Source: an uncultured virus (IMG/VR IMGVR_UViG_3300006213_002314) (Duplodnaviria > Heunggongvirae > Uroviricota > Caudoviricetes). Taken from it: a stretch of DNA of 20,000 bases. The DNA lies in IMG/VR virus record IMGVR_UViG_3300006213_002314. One strand, written 5' to 3'. A program made the position numbers and the translations under genes. Shown piece by piece: positions 16,447 through 20,000 of the stretch (positions are counted from its first letter, which is position 1; each line of letters begins with the position of its first letter). The notes under the pieces are model-generated. The model made no database searches, was not told the origin of the DNA, and saw only the letters and a list, made by a program, of their open reading frames with translations.

Positions 16447-16950
16447 TCACTCCCCGTCTTTTAAGTGCTTATCGCAGACAATCTTGAATTCGCTTATCAC
16501 TTCTACAAGGCTATTCAGATACTCCGATATCCCTCTTAGCGCTTCCAGTTCGTCATCGCTTATGCTCCCATCCTCTGTAATATCTATTAAACGGGTTTTC
16601 ATTTTCTCAAGATCGTTCTGGTTCAGCCCCTTTAGGAGCCGAAGCGCAATTCCTTGTATGTTCTTTTCCTCCGTTGCCAAAGGAAGGAATCCGCATATCG
16701 GGCACTCATTCTTGCAGTAATTCGTCAACAACCACGGTGCATTGTAAAGATCGGCCATGAGTAAGACCTTGTCTGGCGGTACTCGTTTGACATTTCCAAG
16801 CTCGTAATCGCCAAGTGTATATGCCGCTATTCCGAGAAGCTCAGATGCCATCTCCCGGCTTGATAGCCTTTCGTCCCATCTTGCCGCCTGTTTTCTGGCC
16901 TGGTAATACACATTTTGGTTTTCTTTTATAGGGTTCTTTCCCATTCTCAT
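16447..16950 (-). CDS. XRE-HTH regulator, CII-like
   Basis: SREMASELLGIAAYTLGDYELG HTH; YCKNECPIC; DITEDGSISDDE C-terminus; second gene of lytic operon. Confidence 0.72.
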   Translation of the reverse strand: MRMGKNPIKENQNVYYQARKQAARWDERLSSREMASELLGIAAYTLGDYELGNVKRVPPDKVLLMADLYNAPWLLTNYCKNECPICGFLPLATEEKNIQGIALRLLKGLNQNDLEKMKTRLIDITEDGSISDDELEALRGISEYLNSLVEVISEFKIVCDKHLKDGE

Positions 16951-16972
16951 TTACCTGTCTTTCACTTATAAT

Positions 16973-17392
16973 TTACTTAGCACCTGTTGGAACTACCGGC
17001 ACTTCGATTTTGAGAACTTCATTGATTTTTTCAATAACAGGTTCGTCCATTGCGTGTCCGTTCAGCACCAGCGATAATCTGTCACGGTTGAAACCTACGG
17101 CTTTACTCAGATGGGCCATGTTCATTTTCTGAACATACATCTTTGATCTCACCTCACCGCACCATTCATCCGATGGAAGCGGCGGTTTCTCCGGCAATAC
17201 CTGCACATCCAAGACTTCGTTGATCTTTTTCGCAATGTCAAGGTAATTGCTCTTTACAATACGTCCGCTGAGAAGAGCCGCCACCACCGTATAGCCGTAG
17301 CCAATCTTCTCTGACACACTTTGCAGGTTCGTTTTCTTTTTTGGGAGCGCAGACCTCACTTCTATGCTCCACTCTGAAAGACTAACATACAC
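16973..17392 (-). CDS. Cro-like repressor with two tandem HTH domains (139 aa)
   Basis: GTG 17392 with AAGGAG RBS; internal repeat EWSIEVRS...KKINEVL / EWCGEVRS...EKINEVL. Confidence 0.75.
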   Translation of the reverse strand: MYVSLSEWSIEVRSALPKKKTNLQSVSEKIGYGYTVVAALLSGRIVKSNYLDIAKKINEVLDVQVLPEKPPLPSDEWCGEVRSKMYVQKMNMAHLSKAVGFNRDRLSLVLNGHAMDEPVIEKINEVLKIEVPVVPTGAK

Positions 17393-17422
17393 TTGCGTTT
17401 CACTCCTTTCTCGCATTTGTGT

Positions 17423-17451
17423 TTTACTTTTTCGTGCCTGCGTGTTATAAT
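17423..17451 (+). promoter_or_regulatory. Lysogenic (repressor) promoter
   Basis: TTTACT-17 bp-TATAAT with TGn extended -10. Confidence 0.65.
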
Positions 17452-17462
17452 ACAATTACGAT

Positions 17463-17572
17463 TATTTACAAACTCGCAGGTACTATGAAACAGCGCAATT
17501 CCAATCTCGCAAATTTGATTTTATTGATGTTTCATGTATATATTATACTACATTTTTGCGAGTTTGTAAATA
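17463..17572. repeat. Perfect 16-bp inverted repeat in switch region
   Basis: TATTTACAAACTCGCA (17463-17478) / TGCGAGTTTGTAAATA (17557-17572), 78-bp spacer. Confidence 0.85.
17542..17570 (-). promoter_or_regulatory. Early lytic promoter
   Basis: Minus strand TTTACA-17 bp-TATAAT, with CTCGCA half-site in the spacer. Confidence 0.75.
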
Positions 17573-17616
17573 GTTTTGCTCGTATTTGCGTATTATTTAC
17601 TGTATGGAGGTAAAAC

Positions 17617-17982
17617 ATGGAAATCATCGAACGAATCTCGCAGACTCTCAAAGAGCGGGATAAAACAGCTATTGATCTGTGTAAGACACTGGATATCCAG
17701 ACTTCCACTATGTCAACATGGAAAGCTCGCAAAAAGGACCCACCTGCACGCTATATGCCTACAATCGCAAGGTTTCTCGGCGTTTCGCTTGATTACTTGC
17801 TGACAGGTCAGGAGCCACCTGCAGTCCAGAAGACTACCAGCACGGAAGACGAATTACTGGACCTCTTCCGTATGTTGCCTGTCGAAAGACAACAACGATA
17901 TCTCGGGCGTTTGGAAAATGAGGTTGAAAGCTACACGAAAGAATTGAAATATCTCGACGAAGGGAAAAGATTATCAATATAA
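17617..17982 (+). CDS. CI-like XRE-family repressor (no obvious S24 peptidase domain)
   Basis: TAIDLCKTLDIQTSTMSTWK...PTIARFLGVSLDYLLTG; divergent from lytic operon; RBS GGAGG. Confidence 0.88.
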   Translation: MEIIERISQTLKERDKTAIDLCKTLDIQTSTMSTWKARKKDPPARYMPTIARFLGVSLDYLLTGQEPPAVQKTTSTEDELLDLFRMLPVERQQRYLGRLENEVESYTKELKYLDEGKRLSI

Positions 17983-18033
17983 CTTGGTGCCATATGCACA
18001 GCAGGCGTAAAAAATCCAAACCACGGAGGCCAT

Positions 18034-18357
18034 ATGTGTAACCAAACAGAATACTTCACACTTGCAAGGGCGGAAGAGTGTGCCGGCCATGATGCCGCCG
18101 CTCTTCTTTTTTACCTTTCTTCCTTCTGCGCAAAATTTAACAACGGATCGGTAAGCTATCCTTACCGGGAAACTGCAAAAATCCGAAAACTACAGCTCCG
18201 GCTCAGCATTCCGGATTATCAGGTATTTGATCTGATCCATTCGTATGGACCGCTCACTGATATACAGTGCAGGTGTCTGCTGTATTTTTCTATCCACGGC
18301 TGTCTATCCGGAATTTATTCGGTTCTGGAAAACAGCCCTGTGAGAAATGGAGGCTAA
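18034..18357 (+). CDS. Hypothetical protein in lysogeny module
   Basis: 107-aa ORF with GGAGG RBS, overlapping next gene. Confidence 0.55.
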   Translation: MCNQTEYFTLARAEECAGHDAAALLFYLSSFCAKFNNGSVSYPYRETAKIRKLQLRLSIPDYQVFDLIHSYGPLTDIQCRCLLYFSIHGCLSGIYSVLENSPVRNGG

Positions 18358-18931
18358 AATGAATCAACTTAACGGAAACGAGGAATTTACTCTCGGTGGT
18401 AAAAACTCCGGAATAACAGTTAATGAATTCTGGAGCTGGGCGTATTCTGATCTGCTCAATAATACATACCGTGGAGTGCTGGCAGAGTTCCTTGTTGAAA
18501 AATCTCTGGCTCAAAATACCCCCCCCCGCACGCAAATGCGAGTTGACTGGGCTCCATACGACTTAATCAGTCCAACCGGGAGGCGGATTGAGGTAAAATC
18601 TGCCGCTTACCTCCAATCCTGGGAACAAGATTATTATTCCAAAATTATCTTTGACATTGCTCCTCACCGAGCATGGGATGCTAAAACCGGATTTGCTCCA
18701 GAGGCAAAACGAAATTCCGACTTATACGTGTTCTGTGTCTACACAGCACTCAGTAGAGACGAATCTATGTTAAACCTTGATCTATGGGATTTTTATGTTC
18801 TTCCAACTTCTGTTCTGAACGAAAGGGTCCCGGTTCAAAAAACAATCGGTCTGCAATCCCTTCAAAAATTGTGTCCTATCAAAGCAAACTATTCTGAACT
18901 TGGTGGAATTATAGAAACTATTCAACTGTAA
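18347..18931 (+). CDS. PD-(D/E)xK restriction-endonuclease-like protein (start may be ATG 18359)
   Basis: RGVLAEFLV...PYDLISPTGRRIEVKSAAY...DLYVF: E / D / ExK catalytic pattern. Confidence 0.65.
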   Translation: MEAKMNQLNGNEEFTLGGKNSGITVNEFWSWAYSDLLNNTYRGVLAEFLVEKSLAQNTPPRTQMRVDWAPYDLISPTGRRIEVKSAAYLQSWEQDYYSKIIFDIAPHRAWDAKTGFAPEAKRNSDLYVFCVYTALSRDESMLNLDLWDFYVLPTSVLNERVPVQKTIGLQSLQKLCPIKANYSELGGIIETIQL

Positions 18932-18944
18932 AGGAAGTGATAAC

Positions 18945-20000
18945 ATGAGACTGCCTAACGGCTATGGAAGTGTTGTAAAGCAATCCGGAAAACGCCGGAA
19001 GCCATATATCGTCCGGAAAACTGCCGGCTATCATTACGATGCTGAAAAAGACAGGCAGGTACAAGACTATATAATTATTGGTTATGCGAAAACTAAGGCG
19101 GAAGGGCTGCGTATGCTGGCTGAGTACAACAGTAATCCTTTTGATACTAAGGCTGCCAAAATGACGTTCGCAGATGTGTATGCAGAGTGGTCCAAAAAGA
19201 AATACCCAACCGTCTCTGACTCCAACGTAAAAGGGTACACTGCCTCTTACCGAGCCTGCGGGCCTTTGTACAACAAAGTATTCAAAGACATTAAGCTCAA
19301 AGACCTCCAGGATGTAATCGACGGATGCGGCAAGAATTACCCCACGTTGAAAAAGATCAAAATTCTCTTCAATCAGCTATACGATTTCGCTCTAAAAAAT
19401 GAGATATGCAATAAGGACTACTCTTCCTTTGTTGACATCCTGCGATATAAGGATCGGAACCCAAACAAGTATGATCGGAACAAATTTGAGAAAGCCGAGA
19501 TTGAACGCATATGGGAATTGAAGGATGATCCGTATTACCAGATTGTCCTCATGCTCATTTACAACGGGACACGCATTTCAGAATTTCTGAACCTAAAAAA
19601 AGAAAACGTCCATCTGGACGAACAATATTTTGATGTGATCGACAGCAAGACCGAGAATGGCCTGCGAAAAGTTCCGATTGCAGACAAGGTACTTCCCTTT
19701 TACCATGCATGGTATGACTCATGCCCTGACTGCGAATATCTTCTACATACTGAGGATGGAAAGCACTTTAAATACCGGAATTACTACGACAGCTATTTCA
19801 CGCCCCTTATGACCCAGATCGGACTTGAACGGACACCGCATTGCTGCAGGCATACCTGCATATCTATGTTGGCCGAAGCCGGCGTTGATGCCACCACGAT
19901 TAAGAAGATCGTCGGCCACTCTGGAGCAATGACTTTGACCGAAAGAATTTACACACACCTTGATATCGCAGTCCTCGTTGAGGCAATCAACAAAATATAA
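18945..20000 (+). CDS. int: Tyrosine recombinase (phage integrase)
   Basis: MRLPNGYGSV arm-binding N-terminus; catalytic R (GTRISE), K (SKT), HxxR (HCCRH), H (GHS), Y (IYTH). Confidence 0.96.
   Translation: MRLPNGYGSVVKQSGKRRKPYIVRKTAGYHYDAEKDRQVQDYIIIGYAKTKAEGLRMLAEYNSNPFDTKAAKMTFADVYAEWSKKKYPTVSDSNVKGYTASYRACGPLYNKVFKDIKLKDLQDVIDGCGKNYPTLKKIKILFNQLYDFALKNEICNKDYSSFVDILRYKDRNPNKYDRNKFEKAEIERIWELKDDPYYQIVLMLIYNGTRISEFLNLKKENVHLDEQYFDVIDSKTENGLRKVPIADKVLPFYHAWYDSCPDCEYLLHTEDGKHFKYRNYYDSYFTPLMTQIGLERTPHCCRHTCISMLAEAGVDATTIKKIVGHSGAMTLTERIYTHLDIAVLVEAINKI

Larger units (their letters stand above)
1..20000. mobile_element. Temperate phage/prophage segment (integrase to terminase); continues beyond the left edge; att site not visible in window
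   Basis: Canonical siphovirus-like module order: integrase, repressor/cro switch, recombination, replication, RusA, late regulator, terminase. Confidence 0.97.

Noticed and set aside
17393..17455. N-terminal extension of the cro-like ORF
   Set aside because: Covers RBS, operator-like site and the rightward promoter; GTG 17392 fits better.
1..20000. CRISPR array, DGR, intron/intein, IS element, stop-codon recoding
   Set aside because: No spaced repeats, reverse transcriptase or transposase seen; terL is uninterrupted; genes pack normally with all three stop codons in the standard code.

Overview
The whole window is the left arm of a temperate Firmicutes (Clostridia/Lachnospiraceae-like) phage or prophage. 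On the + strand at the right end is the lysogeny module: XRE repressor, a hypothetical gene, a PD-(D/E)xK nuclease-like gene and a tyrosine integrase. On the - strand runs one long lytic operon: tandem-HTH Cro-like protein, CII-like regulator, SLT transglycosylase, RecT plus exonuclease, replication initiator plus G39P-like loader, RusA, DUF1351, small ORFs, a late activator, and then the packaging genes (terS and a terL missed by the ORF track). The most interesting part lies between the late activator and the terminase: DUF488-like gene, a 70-nt non-canonical tRNA-Gly(CCC)-like RNA with encoded CCA, two terminator-like hairpins, an adenine-MTase-like/Mom-like GNAT fusion gene, a ParB-like gene, terS and terL. 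I infer this could be a DNA-hypermodification system that carries its own non-proteinogenic glycyl-tRNA donor. Also seen: face-to-face switch promoters, a CTCGCAnnTGCGAG operator-like motif shared by the switch and the modification cassette, a tiny antisense transcription unit at the late activator, and a C9 tract in the nuclease gene. All family assignments come from motif recognition by eye, not from database searches.
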